The translations under genes and the position numbers were made by a program. The notes beneath the pieces were generated by a model. That model ran no database searches. It saw only the letters and a program-made list of their open reading frames with translations, and had not been told where the DNA came from. A DNA stretch of 52,459 nt, the filler included, from Sphacelaria rigidula (Eukaryota): the NCBI GenBank assembly GCA_964200075.2. It is 4 parts of 4 records of this genome, joined end to end, with 100 filler letters (N's around TTAATTAATTAA, not from the genome) between each part and the next. Parts side by side here need not be neighbours in the genome. Positions count along the whole stretch, not along the records: positions 1 to 13,041 come from CAXNAA020003212.1; 3 more parts are not named here. The stretch is one strand, 5' to 3'. Shown here piece by piece: positions 1 to 13,141 of this stretch; positions within the stretch are counted from its first letter, which is position 1; every line of letters begins with the position of its first letter.

Positions 1-203
1 GTCTAACTTGTCGCACATGGCGTGCATGTACAAGCCATTCACGTCTTGAGTCACGAAGAAGAGTTGACTGCGTGAATTACGTCACGCCGTGAGTCATGAA
101 GAAGGGTTGACTGCGTGAATTACAACTGATGTACGAACCGCATGATTTATTCATTGAGATGATGACTTTGAGTTGACTCACGAGTTGATTTTTCCTAACC
201 GTG
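1..203. repeat. Right end of a TIR element with short direct repeats, truncated by the contig start
   Basis: GAGTCAyGAAGAAGrGTTGACTGCGTGAATTAC occurs twice. The terminus GAGTTGACTCACGAGTT...CCGTG resembles the end of 9628-10102. Confidence 0.45.
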
Positions 204-499
204 AACTCTTCTGTGTGAGGCGTGTACCAAAGCGCTGAGAACAAAATCGATTAATTCCATTGTTATAGGATTTTGACAAGTCATTCGTGTGTCAAATCTC
301 TTGCAGTACAGACCACGGGCACAACCACATAGGTCAACCACTCACCCCAACTTGAGTGCATTTTTGAACGGCCGGCCGTCACCATTTACACTCAGAGGCG
401 AGCTTGCAAAATTCAGCATGAGTCGGGCGTTCAGTCGTTCACATCTACTTCGAAGTATACTTGCAGTACGCTCGTTGCAACATTTGCCCTGTGTGTTCG

Positions 500-650
500 A
501 AGGTCGACGGGGTGGGAGCGAGTTGATCCAATCCTCGACATCAGAACATCAGCCAGGTATCGGGGGAGAGGTGGACAGGATAATAAATAATCCCTTGGGA
601 CAACGCACTGCTCCCGCGGAGGGGAGGGAAGGGGGCGGGTTACCTCCTCC
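500..650 (+). mobile_element. SINE body and 3' module without a recognisable head
   Basis: GTCGAC...CCTCGACA...GGAGAGGTGG...TAATCCCTTGGGACAACG...GGAGGGAAG aligns with the reverse complement of 21650-21800. Confidence 0.55.
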
Positions 651-842
651 TCATCGTGCGTTCATGTTATACTTCAGTTTTGTCTAGCGAGTGCTCTTCA
701 GGTGCTCTTCACCTTGGCTATAAATATATTTTGTGATGACCACGAATAGCCTCACGGCAGATCAGTTCATGTGCGAAGACCGAACCATCAATCCATCTAT
801 TTATCCATTGCACCAATCACCCCATCAAGCAATCCACTTCAC

Positions 843-3800
843 CTGGTCTTCCATGAGGGAAAGGAGGGGGCTGACCACGACCGTCACGGGGCCTTTTGCT
901 TGTTCCCTTCGGCGAATAACTGAGGCGCAAATACGCGACCAGGGGGGGGGGGGAACAGACCATCCGGCGAGCAGAGGTCACACCATCACCTCGCCCACTT
1001 AATTCAAAACGCGGGACCCCGTAGTGCAGCGCTGTGCAGCATAGTGAGGTCATGAACACAGCGCGAACACATAATGGCAAGAGCCCGTGTTCAGCAGCGC
1101 CCTTTCTGCACGGTGCACCGAGTCAAATCGCTTTGAAGCGCGAGAAAACAGCGCGACGTCTGCCGCCAGCACGATCTTGAAAACATCAACACATTCCACG
1201 AGCAACTGTGCTGTGGTGACAGCGAACATCCAATACTTGCAGATTGAACAAATTCAGGTCAATGATGTCGATATGCGTCAGCTCGGGGTCTCGGTGAGCA
1301 TAAACAGTTCGCGCAGGCGCGTCAGGTTCTCCGTAAACCCGGATGGATGAAGTTTCGCAGCCAAAATCACGCGCCTCAATCGCTCCTGCCGGAAGAATTT
1401 TCCCGAAAAAGGCGACAAAAACCCCATGGTTGAAAAATACTTAGCTTTCGCGTAGACCATCCTACTGAAACATTTACGGGGCTAGTAGTCCAAACAGCTT
1501 TTGCCCAGCGTGCGCAGCACAAAATTGTGGCTCGAGTCGGCGCCGGTGTGAGCTCTACCGAGACTCCCTCCGCCCATGGTACTCCTCGCCCGAAGGTTCG
1601 CTCTCTACCTTGGGGGGACATAGTCATTTTTTGCACGCCTTAGTCGTTTGACCATTGAGCACGCATCTCTTTCGTGATGGAGCACGGCCTCGGGGAGGGC
1701 AGACACAGGAGTAGCCCATGCTGTACTCCACACGGAAAGATAGGGTTAAATACTTCAGTACACAACGTACTCATCTACACACAGAGATGCACACCACCGT
1801 AATTTTCTCGCACAAACTCCCCGGTGGCTCACTTGGTAATCTCGGAACCTTCTGACGGTTAGGTCGTTGGTTCAAACCTCGGAGCGATCTGGGATTTTTT
1901 TTCACACCATGCCCAACAGTGGAGAGCGACTATGTCGTGGGAACACAAAATTCGACCTAACGGTCGACGAGGGAAAAGGGCTGCTGAACTCCTCTTGCGA
2001 TAAAAATGAAGACAAGCACCGCAGAAGGCAGGTGGGGTACTAAAAACAAATGAAAAAGAAAAACCTCCTGTATTGACCTTCCTCCTGTGTGACCCCAGCT
2101 GGTGCGCCCACATATACCGAAAGGTGTAGACTGGCGTCCAGAACAGATGGGATGACAACACAACACACACAAACTCTACAATGACTCCACCGACCCCTCC
2201 CTTACTAGCTTCCGTTTGAACCCGACCATATTCCGTTTCATCACTCTCGCACATATGCCTTACTCAGCAAAAGGGTAAGGATGGCCTTACAGGTTGGAAA
2301 AAAACAAAGCACGTTCCAACATGGGGTTTGATCGCCGGGTTCGAACACACCCGCCTACAAATACCAACCACCGTCTCATTCAGGGGAATCTTTCAGCAAC
2401 CCGTTGGCGCATATTCGTCCTGTCGGAGCCGTATTGCCGGCTGTCCTACAACGCTGTCAACTCCGACGTTATAGCCAAGCAACTCTTCAGTGTTCGCAAG
2501 GACCACCACCAGAGCCAGGAACATGCCGCGTACTGGTCCCCAAGCCCCTATCCATGTCATTTTATCGAACCAGAGCAAATGTATATCAGGTATCTTCGGG
2601 AGTCATCTTGAGGTCCGTGCGGTAAGTATCCAGACGAACAGGTCCGAACAATAAACCGCGACAACTCGAAATGGGTGGGGTTCACTTCATTCCGTGAAGA
2701 GAAGTGGCCAGACAAGATACACCTTGCCGTTTTCTGCGTTTATCGGTCGGCGAGCGTTGTGCAATCCGAGTTGAACACACCCTTTTTTTGTCCAAAAAGG
2801 GGTATTCAAATCAACATCAAAACGTATGAAAGTGGCAACAATCAGCAATAGGTGGCCAGGCAAGGTGATGGAGGCGGGCAACTATACCTTGGCGTTTGGG
2901 GAAAAGTTAATGGCACAAGACAGCCCTGATGGGTTACCTGCATATTTGGAGCTGTGCTTCGTACGCAGCATCCCGCCTATTTTCCTTCTTTTCACGGTAG
3001 AACTTGTGAAGAAAGTAGCACTGACTGTGCTCGGTAAGAAAATACGCTGAAATCCGGTCAAGTCCACGCGTTCTTGACACCGCGGAGATCACTGTACCCT
3101 ATTGTGACTGGAGCTGACAAGGTATACCTTTTCCTGACTACTGTCGTTTCACAAATGCTTGGAGGCTGACTGCAAAATTCTGGCTACTAAATTCGAGCGC
3201 CAGAATAGTGTAGGGCAGCGGAGAGCTTGGGGAACCCGTCTTTCTCCTTAGCGTACCTTTTTAATGTGAATAAGTCCTCGATTGGACAGTCTTGGGAACC
3301 CAGTCTTGTTTTCTCAGCGTTGGGAGTTTTTCATGTGATATGCAAGAAACATGGGGGTTTTCAAAACATTTTTACTCGTGGGCTACTTACACTGAGAAAA
3401 GTTGTATCGGATACAGGAATGAAAGAATAAGGATTTCTGAAGCTGCCTCGAGTCGGTTCCAGCCTCAACCCAACATGCGGCTGACGAAGACGAGTCTGCG
3501 TCACATGGCACATGACACATGCCACAACGAGTAGCGAATATGTGTACAAATTTATAAGAGAACGTACACTATAGACCAGAAGAAAGCATGCACGTGTGGA
3601 AGCTCCCACTCACCCGCTGGAAGTTGATAGCAAACGGATTTCCCAGAGCCGGTGCTCATGAGGACGAAGGCGTCTCTGCCGGCCAAGGAGGCTTGTATCA
3701 CCTGCGCCGAACATGGAACATGGTCGGTCGCAGCACTTGTTTGATCATCACGCCCAAGCCATTGTCTTTAACATAGGATTAAACTGCGTCGTACAGGACT

Positions 3801-6800
3801 GATGGCACACAAGTGGGGCCCACTGTACTGCAAAGTTGACCGCACGACGAGCACAGCATCCCAGTACAGCCCAATGAGATGGTGGGACAATCCTTCTTAC
3901 ACGGTGATTTGAAGCCGGGCGACTTCGGCGACTCTCGTACCTACCTCTTAGATCCCTAAAATAACCACAGCACAGTTTACGCAAATCTGTCGTCGAAATT
4001 CACGGCCGTTCCCTTTGGCACAACGCCCAATCTCGAAACAAAATGCCGGCTCAAGCCCCGGGGACCAACTTCGTAGGGGGCGCTATCGGGAGCGTTCTGG
4101 TGATACGGTGACTGCGTCACAAGCGGCCGAAGCTCCGAAGAGCATGGCGCCGCGTGTACTGCGCCAAGTTGATGGGGGATTATAGTGGGAGCATCCCCCA
4201 TACTGCCTTGAGCAACCGCTCGAGGCATCTACCCCACATGACTGCCGCGAGGTGGTCTAGCCGAACTTTCGGATAATCGGCACACGAACTCGCTGGCGGG
4301 GTAAGTGTTGGGTTGGGTTTCCTCTTTCCGTCAAAGAAAAGAAAAAATGACTGCGTCACAGCCAAGATTATCACAAATTGATCTTGTACTTCTCATTGAC
4401 ATGGGAACAGATGCACCCCTCGCATCAAGTCCGGAATGTAAATGTACCAAAGTATTTGACGTATATCCACGTCATGTTGGCCCGAGATATCTTGTGCCAG
4501 TGTCCCGGTGCGGCCTTGGGTGCGTATGTGAGGGAATGGCCTCGTGCGTATTCCCGGCACAGCGCGGTCAAGGACAGAGTTGGTACGATAGCACAGGAAG
4601 TACAGCGCGGTGTGGTGCGGCGGGTTCCTGGCTGCTACTGCGGGGTGGACTTCTGGCTGGTACAGCGCACAGGAAGACTCCCCGTCTTTCCGTCTGTACT
4701 GTACCGGAGAGCTGCTTGGGCATGCTATGCCTACTGATTCGTGACCGACGAGTGCTGCACCGCACATCTAATATCGTAGCCCTTGGGAGAAGCAAAAAAA
4801 TCCACACAGCTACCCGTGACATGACAGCACCACACGGAGGGGGTAGAAAGCACTTTCTACGACACAGCGGCGACGGTGTTCGAGAGTATACGCACAGGGC
4901 GTGCCATGTCTCCACTGCAACCATGACAACACGCACTGAACATCGGAACGGCGAACGCGAACCCACATTACTCCCCGACATGCGAAAACAAGCGTCGTGA
5001 CGAATATGTTTCTGGCAGTCCAATTTAGTTTTGTACGGGTGGTCATTCCAAGGTTCATTGAGCTGGATCTCGCCCCCCCTTCTGACCGCCAGCTTCGTCT
5101 CAGAACAATATCACTGGCCGACAGCAGAAGGGTTTCCACGGGGAAGGGGAGGGTCCTTCTTGATGGGGGTAGCGGAATGCGAACTATCAGATAGTCGAAG
5201 GAAGTGTGTGAGATCTCTGATGCGTGTTTCCAGGGAATTCTTGGGTCGGAAAACAGGCCTGAAGGAAGTAGAGTCGCCATTGTGATTAACTTGAGTGGTC
5301 GAATGGTCCATTATGTTCCCTTACGAATCGAACAACGTAGTCCACGTGGCGGTCAAACTATCTGTGGGCATTTCCATAACGGCCACTCACCTAATGAAAC
5401 ACGGGGGACAGAGAGGTGCTGCTTGTCTTCCCACAATCTTCGAGACTTGTCTACCCATTTTTGTGCTGTCAAGAAAGTTTCAACAGCCTCTGTACGGTTG
5501 TGGTAGAACTTTGAGCAGAGATAAAAACACTGCGTGCGGTGAAGGGCGATGATACGCTGGTTGTTTTGTACCATTTTATCGAAAAATCGGCTCCCGATGA
5601 AACAAGCTTGCGAGGGGGCATCGGATAGGGTATGTACCATCGAGCACCCGGGTATAATACCCGGATGTCTACTGCATCCAAGTTTGGGTAGATTGGGTAG
5701 GACCTCATATACTCTACCCGAGAATGGGGTGAAGTTGCGTATGATCCGAATATTCAACCCATAATGGGGGTGGAGTTGGGTATGATCTCAATATTCTACC
5801 CAAAAATGAAGTAGGGTTGGGTAAGATCTCATTACACCATTCAAATATTGCGTAAGTACTCTCAACAATACCCGGGTATAAAATACAATTTAGGTACGAC
5901 CTAAATATTCTACCCGATTATTGGGTGGAGTGGGTTATGATTTCAATGCTCCACCCAGATTTTAGGTAGTTTGACGATTATGTCAATAATCTACCCCACA
6001 TTGGGTACATACTCTAAGCAGTACCCGGTCAGAGAGTTAAGTTAACACTGGGTAGACCTCAACACCCTACTCAAAGTTTGGGTCGAGTTGGGTATGATGT
6101 CAATGCGCTGTCCAAATGTTGGGTGAATAGTCTCGGCAATACCCAGGTAAAGAGTATCACTTGGTATGATGAGAACACTGAGCGTTGGTGACTTCGTGAC
6201 GTCACTTCACATACTACCTCAAATATTAGGGCGAGCGACGGCCACCAGTGACAAACGTGACGTCACCTCACAGACCACCTCGAATGTGAAGGGCGAACAG
6301 TGACCATCGAGAACAGCAAAACGCGTGTATTGAAGTTACACCATCCCCCACACGATTACCCTTACTCCGAGTCTTGTCTGATGTTAGCTTTCAGCACGAT
6401 AGCGCCCATCACAACTGGGTATTTGAGTGAAGGTAAAGAGTGTAAAATATGAGCGACAATGCGTGCCGCGCGTGTGACCTCTCGACGGGAGATCCAGCGT
6501 CGGAAAAGGTGGTAGATATCGATGTGCCACGATCGCGAGGGGAAGCAGCATAAGCAGGCGACAACCCAACGGCGGGCGGGGACGTGGGAGGGTCAGATTC
6601 GCAAGGGTATATTCTACGGAGTACCCGGATACAATACCCGAGTACTATATCTACCCAAGGTTTGGGTCGATACGACCTCAAATACTCTACCCAAATAGGG
6701 GTAAGTGCTCTAAGCAATACCTGGATATCGAGTGTTCAATGGGTATGACATCAATACTCTCCTCAAATTTGAGTAATTCGGGTAGGATCTCAATACCCCA

Positions 6801-9800
6801 CCCAATATTCTGAGTACTAAATTTACGACCTTCTGAATGCCCGGGTATCGGGAATATTATACCCGACACAGCCTTGTTAAGTTTGCAAGGGCAGGTCGAG
6901 TAGAGTATACTCAACACTCAGTATTTTCGAAGAGTCATACTCTGAGCACTCAAATTTCGAGTCGAGTATTCAAGGCCCTACTCAATCTACCCAAAAATTG
7001 AGTGGAGTTTTGAGGTCATACCCGATGATACTCTATTCTCAAGAATTCCCGAGGGTGCTTGCTCAATATTTCAGTAGAGTATTATTGGAGGTCGTACTTG
7101 ATCTACTCAAAATTTGAGTGGAGTATTTGAGGCCGTACTCGACCTCCTCAAACTTTGTGTAGACTATTTGAGGTCATATTCAATCTACTCAAAATTTGAG
7201 TGGAGTACTTGAGATCATACTCAATGTACCCAAAATTTGAGTAGAGTTTTTGAGGTCACACACAATCTACACGAAACTTGGGTAGAGTATTTGAGACCGG
7301 ACGCGATGTACCACCGCTGACTCTCCCATGGAGGAGTCACATGTGCGGCCAGTAGAGTCGCTCATTTTGATAACACCTACCCGACTACCCGTCTACTCGA
7401 TTACTCAATGATGATGAGTAGCGCCCTTTACTGAAAGTGATCTCGAAGGGGTTGAAAGATATCGAGTATGTACTGCCATGGGTGGGGGCAGGTGAGCTGG
7501 GGCAGGTAGGTTCATTCACCTGCACGCTTTGTTTTTTTATGGCCATCATCCGCTCATACTCATTGTAGCCCGTGGCGTACCGCCAATCATGTAATTGATG
7601 GCCATCGTTCACGCATGTATTCAACATATGCTGTGAAGTGACGTCACGCAGTCGCCGACGGTCACGGTCACTCATCATACCCAAGTGATTCTCTATACTC
7701 GAGTGTTACTGAGAGTGCTTACTCAACATTTGAGAAGAGTGTTGGAGGCCGTTTTCGATCTGCTCAAATTTTGAGTAGAGTATTTGAGGCCGTACTCAAT
7801 CTACCCAAAAATTGAGTAGAGTATTTGAAGCGATACTCAATCTAGTCAAAATTGAGTAGAGTAGTGGAGGTCGTACTCGATCTGCTCCAAAATTGAGTCG
7901 AGTATTTGAGGCCGTACTCAACCTACCCAAAATTTGAGTAGAGTGTTTGAGGCCTCACTCGGACCTACTCAAAATTTGAGTTCAAAAGTTCATGCTCTAC
8001 TTGACCTGCCCTTGACAGTTTGTATGCACGGTGCAAAATCAGCAGTAATAACTATCATGGAATGCAGCTAAGAAAATGTGACATGCATGCAACATCAGCA
8101 CATGCTGAAGGTATGCCAGCTTTGAGGTAACGCGAACGTACGAGTACTGCGAAAGCACAGATATGAGGTATTTCGAGCGTCCATCAGCAGTAGTGGTTGC
8201 CAATGCCAATGTCCATCACTTGCAGAAGTATGGAAACATGCACCCGACAAGAAGGCTCGGCGAAGCCGTAACACAGACTTGGTCAACTGGGTCGATATCA
8301 ATTAGACATTCTTCCGAACAAATTTCGATACAAATGCTCGACACTCGCCTGTTCATGTGAATCGGCTTGTTTGTTGGGTCCCTTGAGAACTTTGGGCGAT
8401 CTGAAGGGACGTCGCGAAAGAAGGGTGAAAAAATGAAAGTAAATGGCATGTGCTTCTATAGTAGATTATGGTTGGAATATACTCAGGCTATATGTCTAGA
8501 CGGACGAAAAAACAGCAAAAGAAAACAAAGATTGACCCCATAATGACTCGAGCTCGGGCACAAACAAAAAACACACCAAAACCACACAAATGCCTTCTTG
8601 TGGAAGTGGTGCTCAGTTCGGGACGAGACACAGTCCCATCGGAGGCAGAAAATATCTTCGCGCTACAAAAACCGTGAGTGATGGATGTTACACCTTCACA
8701 ACCGATCACAAGCAAAAACACGCAGACATCCGCACCATACGCGCATTGCGTCTAGCGCTAGCTCGTAGTCGTCTACTGTACACACAGTGGTGTGTCTCTA
8801 AGCCAATCCATTCAGTACTGGAAGGAAAGCGGCCGTGTGTGTGCTAAAATAGTTGCGTACGATACAGCCATTGACCGTTCGGGTGTGTCAGACGACACTC
8901 GTATGACAGAAGAAATAGTACCTCAATCAATTTCGAACTATGTGATCCAAGCCAAGGACGGCTGATCAACACCTGCGGCTCGAGCCATGCAGTATCATTG
9001 CGCCGCTTCTTCTGTTCTGTTTCAAGCAAACGCGTTTGCCAATAGACCAGTTCAATCTTTGATATTTCACGAATAATCGTTGCGAAAAAATATCCGGCAA
9101 GCACCAAAAAAATAATACGCATCTTCTTCTTCAGGGGGTGGGGGGTGTTATCGGGGCGACCGATCACCACGCATTATATGGACGCTTTTGTCGTGAGCTC
9201 ATATGTCTCATCCCGGAAAAGACAAAGCCCTACGGGGTTGAGAGTTCGAAGTGCCTGCTTGTGTACGCATCACGCATATGGCTCCAATCGACGCCCCCGG
9301 CGCTGATTCGAGCTCTGCCAACGTACACTTTGTTTGGAGCATCCTCTGTTCCCCCCCTCGTCTGGGGGTTCTCGGTCGGCCTTGGCTTGGGGTTTGGGTT
9401 CGGCTCATCCGTCGGGCTGGACAGGAACAAGGCATGTTCAACCCCTTGAGTGGGATCCCCCGTAGATGGACTGGTGTAATTTTGACTGTGGTCAGTATTC
9501 ACATGAACAGGCGAATGCTGAGCGCTTGCGAATAAGTTTGTGCAGGAGAGCCTCTAGATGGTTCCGAGTCAAGCCAGGCCCATGTGCGCTTGCACTAAAC
9601 TCTTCTCACGGAGCACATCCTTTCATACATGGGGTAACTTAACTCAGGTTAACTCGAGTCACTCTTTTCCCCGCACCTCACCTGAGTCACGGCAACATTA
9701 CTCAGCGGCACCTACTCCGATTTGGTGAGGTATACAACAAGACTCACTTCGCGTTGCAGATTCCGATCTGGTGAATTATAGAACAAAACTCAGTGGTGCA

Positions 9801-11073
9801 TATCCTGACCGGGTGATCTTTAGAGCACAACTCAGCGGTGCATATGCTGGTCGGGTGAGTTATAGAACATAACCCAGCGGTGCATATTCTGGCCGGGTGA
9901 GTCATACAAAATCACTCATCGATGCATGTTTGGTGAGGTGAGTTATACAGCATAACCCAGCGGTGCATATTCCGGTCGAGCGACTTGTATAGCATATCCA
10001 TCGGTGACATTTTTGGTGAGGTGAGATTTAGAACGACACTCAGCACATTCTGGCCGGTGAGTTATACAACATACTGAGTTAATTCACGAGTTATCCGACG
10101 TGTATATCCTTTCATGCTTCGTAATTTGGTGCACACTGCTGGCCACTACTGCTTCGATCGAGGCATCAAATATCTTTAGGCCATGCTTTCGCAAGCTTGT
10201 ACGCTCGGTGTAGTGGACAACGTTGGCATACCTCGAGCATGTTTTTTTGCTGCCGTACTGTACATGTAGAGCTTATTCAGCAGCGGCGAAATACTTGAAA
10301 AGTAAAATGAACGGATCGGGATGTTTTCGCTCTCCACTGCACGCAATCTACGCCTTACAGAAGCATAATTCAGTACGTGACTAGAGCACCGTGCACGGGA
10401 CACAACGAGCTAACGGGGCACACAGTAGGTGTATCGTGCTCCCTTGACAGCACAGCATGTACAACTGTATTCGTAGTGGTACAGAGAGCAGACACACACG
10501 ATCCATTCTCTTCACGTGTCGTGCTGCATCGTGGGCGACAGAGAGTAACACGCGATCTCTGCTGTTCTCCAGCGCTATGTGATTAATAATATGAATGCCG
10601 TGTACGGACCAGGGGGTCAGTCAAAGTGCGACAATCAATCAGTCGCATCACGGACGGACTGCTTGATCTCCCCCATTGGAGATCCTGTCATGATACATAT
10701 CGGAACACAAAATTTGAAATCTGAAATGTTCGTCTGTCTGTGGACTATACAATTGGACACACACAGGACAGCAGCATGTTCAGCATATGTCCGCCGTGGC
10801 TTGACTCGGCCATTGACCCTATGCCTCTCCACATGCATCATCATGGCCGGAATGATATGTTGTGCTCGTTCACACCACAAGTGCGATATCGCACCGAAGA
10901 GGTAACCGTGCTGCACTGTCTCTTGTGCGCTGTGCGGTGAATGAACCATAGAAAGGGTGTCTGCCCGCATGATAGCGTGGGCAAGGCGATCTGAAACGTA
11001 CCTCGAGTTGATACGGCCGAAAATTCTCATGACCCCATTTAATCTTCAGGCATTGGGTAAGCTCGCTTTCCAT
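843..11073 (-). CDS. RecQ/WRN-family ATP-dependent DNA helicase, 5' part (exons 11073-11002, 3701-3614, 919-843); 3' part runs off the contig
   Basis: Three exons with GT-AG ends and matching phases (0, 1) splice to MESELTQCLKIKWGHENFRPYQLE-VIQASLAGRDAFVLMSTGSGKSVCYQLPA-VIRRREQAKGPVTVVVSPLLSLMEDQ. This contains RecQ motif 0 (GHxxFRPxQ), Walker A (TGSGKSxCYQLP) and motif Ia (VVSPLxSLMEDQ). Confidence 0.92.
1821..2170 (+). mobile_element. tRNA-derived SINE (family 1, copy a)
   Basis: A-box TGGCTCACTTGG, B-box GGTTCAAACC and a CA-rich tail. Aligns over ~350 bp with 26931-27298. Possible TSD CACAAACTC on both sides. Confidence 0.75.
5625..6876. mobile_element. Related, more degenerate element in inverted orientation; left end unclear
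   Basis: Similar ~40-bp repeats; ends ...CACAGCCTTG. Segment 6113-6246 aligns with the reverse complement of ~7598-7732. Confidence 0.6.
6886..8014. mobile_element. Non-autonomous hAT-like element with ~40-bp subterminal tandem repeats
   Basis: TIRs CAAGGGCAGGTCGAGTAGAG / CTCTACTTGACCTGCCCTTG (one mismatch). The 8-bp flanks TAAGTTTG / ACAGTTTG fit a degenerate TSD. Arrays of TACTCAATCTACCCAAAATTTGAGTAGAGTATTTGAGGCCG lie at both ends. Confidence 0.75.
9628..10102. mobile_element. Non-autonomous TIR element with ~9 internal 39-40-bp tandem repeats
   Basis: Imperfect TIRs CATGGGGTAACT / AGTTATCCGACGTG with TA flanks. Unit is approximately ACTCAGCGGTGCATATTCTGGCCGGGTGAGTTATAGAACA. Confidence 0.6.
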
Positions 11074-11236
11074 GTTCTATTCGAGGTCACAAAACCGCAG
11101 CCAACAGGTCACCCTCTGGGCTTTTAGCCTTCGCCCCACCGGCTTCAAATCTCGTGGAGCATTAAGAATGGTACACCATACTCCAAACTGGTACGACTAC
11201 AAATGAAACATGATACATGATTTAGGACTGCCTTAA

Positions 11237-11335
11237 CCCTTAGACCGCGAGGTTAGTCTTCTGTTGAATCGGCATCAATTTCAAGTGAAAAAAAAGTATG
11301 CATGATCTAGAAAGACTTATCTTGCGGTCTAAGGG
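11237..11335. mobile_element. piggyBac-type MITE (~100 bp)
   Basis: TIR CCCTTAGACCGC...GCGGTCTAAGGG flanked by TTAA/TCAA. Confidence 0.8.
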
Positions 11336-11467
11336 TCAAGCCGCGCAGTACAGAGGAAGGACGGTGCCCGTCCTTGGCTTCGGTCGAGTGACCTCGGATA
11401 GAATATGAAGATCGATCTTCTTCAATTTTAGGTGGTTTCTGGAGGGGGGACTATCGTAGAAAGTGTC

Positions 11468-11479
11468 AATAATAACAAT

Positions 11480-11573
<94 letters not shown>

Positions 11574-11599
11574 ACAATAATAATAATAATATAACAAGA

Positions 11600-11640
<41 letters not shown>
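11468..11640. repeat. Compound (AAC)n/(AAT)n microsatellite
   Basis: Directly visible; it accounts for the poly-N, poly-I and poly-L ORFs. Confidence 0.97.
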
Positions 11641-13041
11641 TGCGGATCGGATCAGCACTCCCCTACCGCGTTGACTCGCGTCGAACAACTCATCATGATC
11701 TCACGGTTTCAATAGCAGAATCAGACACTTCTCAGAAAAGCAAAATAATTTCATGGTTGAGTTTCTGAGGCGAACAGTGGGTTGTGCGCCATACAAGGAG
11801 GTGGTGAACGTGCGCTAACTTCTAACGAGAGATGTCAGCTACTGATGTGGTTTCCACTCAGCACCCAGGGGAAGCCACGAGGAGGCCTCTCTCATATTCC
11901 CCCGCCCTAAATGTACTGGCCTTGAGCGTCTACACTCACCCTACCATACGCTACACTTCTTCTGGAACACCACCACGCTACACATCACACTACAAGGCGG
12001 CAAAGTCGTTGTTCTCGCAGTCGTCAATGTTCCCGCATATGTACACCCACCTCAATGATGCATCTATGTATTTACTGCACCCATCACTTGCCGTGAGCGG
12101 ATAGAAATCTCGGCCAACGCCAATGAATCAAAGCCAGGCACTGACATGCGCAATAGGAACTCTCGTCGTGTCCGCTCGAGAACGGAGAACCAAACGTAAG
12201 AGTCATTTCAAACGACAACTCTGGTGGTAGCGCTGATCTTAACCAACTCGAAACAAGAATTCGTCGTTGTTCGCGAGATATCGACGCTCGAAAGCTGAAG
12301 AACATGCGATTTCGGCTGCTGCAGCCGACCGAGAACAGCTATTGAAAATTCTACCTGCTTGTGGGTTGAGTGTTTCCTTCATCTTCCCCCAACTCGTTAT
12401 GTTGTTGTAATCAACGCAAGCCTTCGTTTGCTGTCCGGGCAGCAATACTTCGCGCTCGTCTACTACTGGCGTCCCGCATATAGGTGTTGAGACACGAGCC
12501 AGAAATTGGACTCTTTCGGAAGTACAGTAGCTCCATGGTTTCTTGCAATCCTTAATTCTGTTATTGGGTGGTCAGTTGGAGCCACGGCCTGCTCTCGAAA
12601 TCTTGATATTCGCCATGCTGTGACCTTGAAGGCCTGGAATTTGTCTTGTCCGATTCACTACGAAAACATGAATTTGTCTTGAAAACCTCCGCCAGACATG
12701 AACGACACTTGCTGATTCTGTTCAATTTCTGTACTCGAGTGCGGTCATTCATCGCCATTGCTCGCTGGCTGGGAGGACCAAATATTTATATATTTGGCGA
12801 GTATGCGACATGCTGTACATATAATGTTTTCCCGTAGTGACCTACCTATTCGTCTCCAAACCTCCCCACACCTGCGTCCCTAGCTATCCGTATATCTACA
12901 CAGAGCGCTATCTACCCAGAAGAGCGGCAGCGGCCCACTACCGCCAACGACCATTTTCACCCGGCGGCGGCGGTAGACGGCCACGGTATACCCTGCTGTG
13001 ACTACTTTCCTCCCAATTGTACCCTTGTTTTTGGAAATTGT

Positions 13042-13141
13042 NNNNNNNNNNNNNNNNNNNNNNNNNNNNNNNNNNNNNNNNNNNNTTAATTAATTAANNN
13101 NNNNNNNNNNNNNNNNNNNNNNNNNNNNNNNNNNNNNNNNN
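13042..13141. other. Artificial contig-join spacer
   Basis: 100 bp of N containing TTAATTAATTAA (stops in all six frames). Confidence 0.98.

Noticed and set aside
1480-1560. TGADSSHNFV...GKS peptide suggesting a retroviral protease or P-loop
   Set aside because: Motif is incomplete, followed immediately by a stop, with no supporting gag/pol context.
6960-7980. Regular ~40-bp repeats resembling a CRISPR array (also 9700-10075)
   Set aside because: Units are contiguous and degenerate with no unique spacers, there are no cas genes, the context is eukaryotic, and the arrays are bounded by TIRs.
11428-11688. Poly-Asn, poly-Ile and poly-Leu ORFs
   Set aside because: Translations of the (AAC)n/(AAT)n microsatellite.
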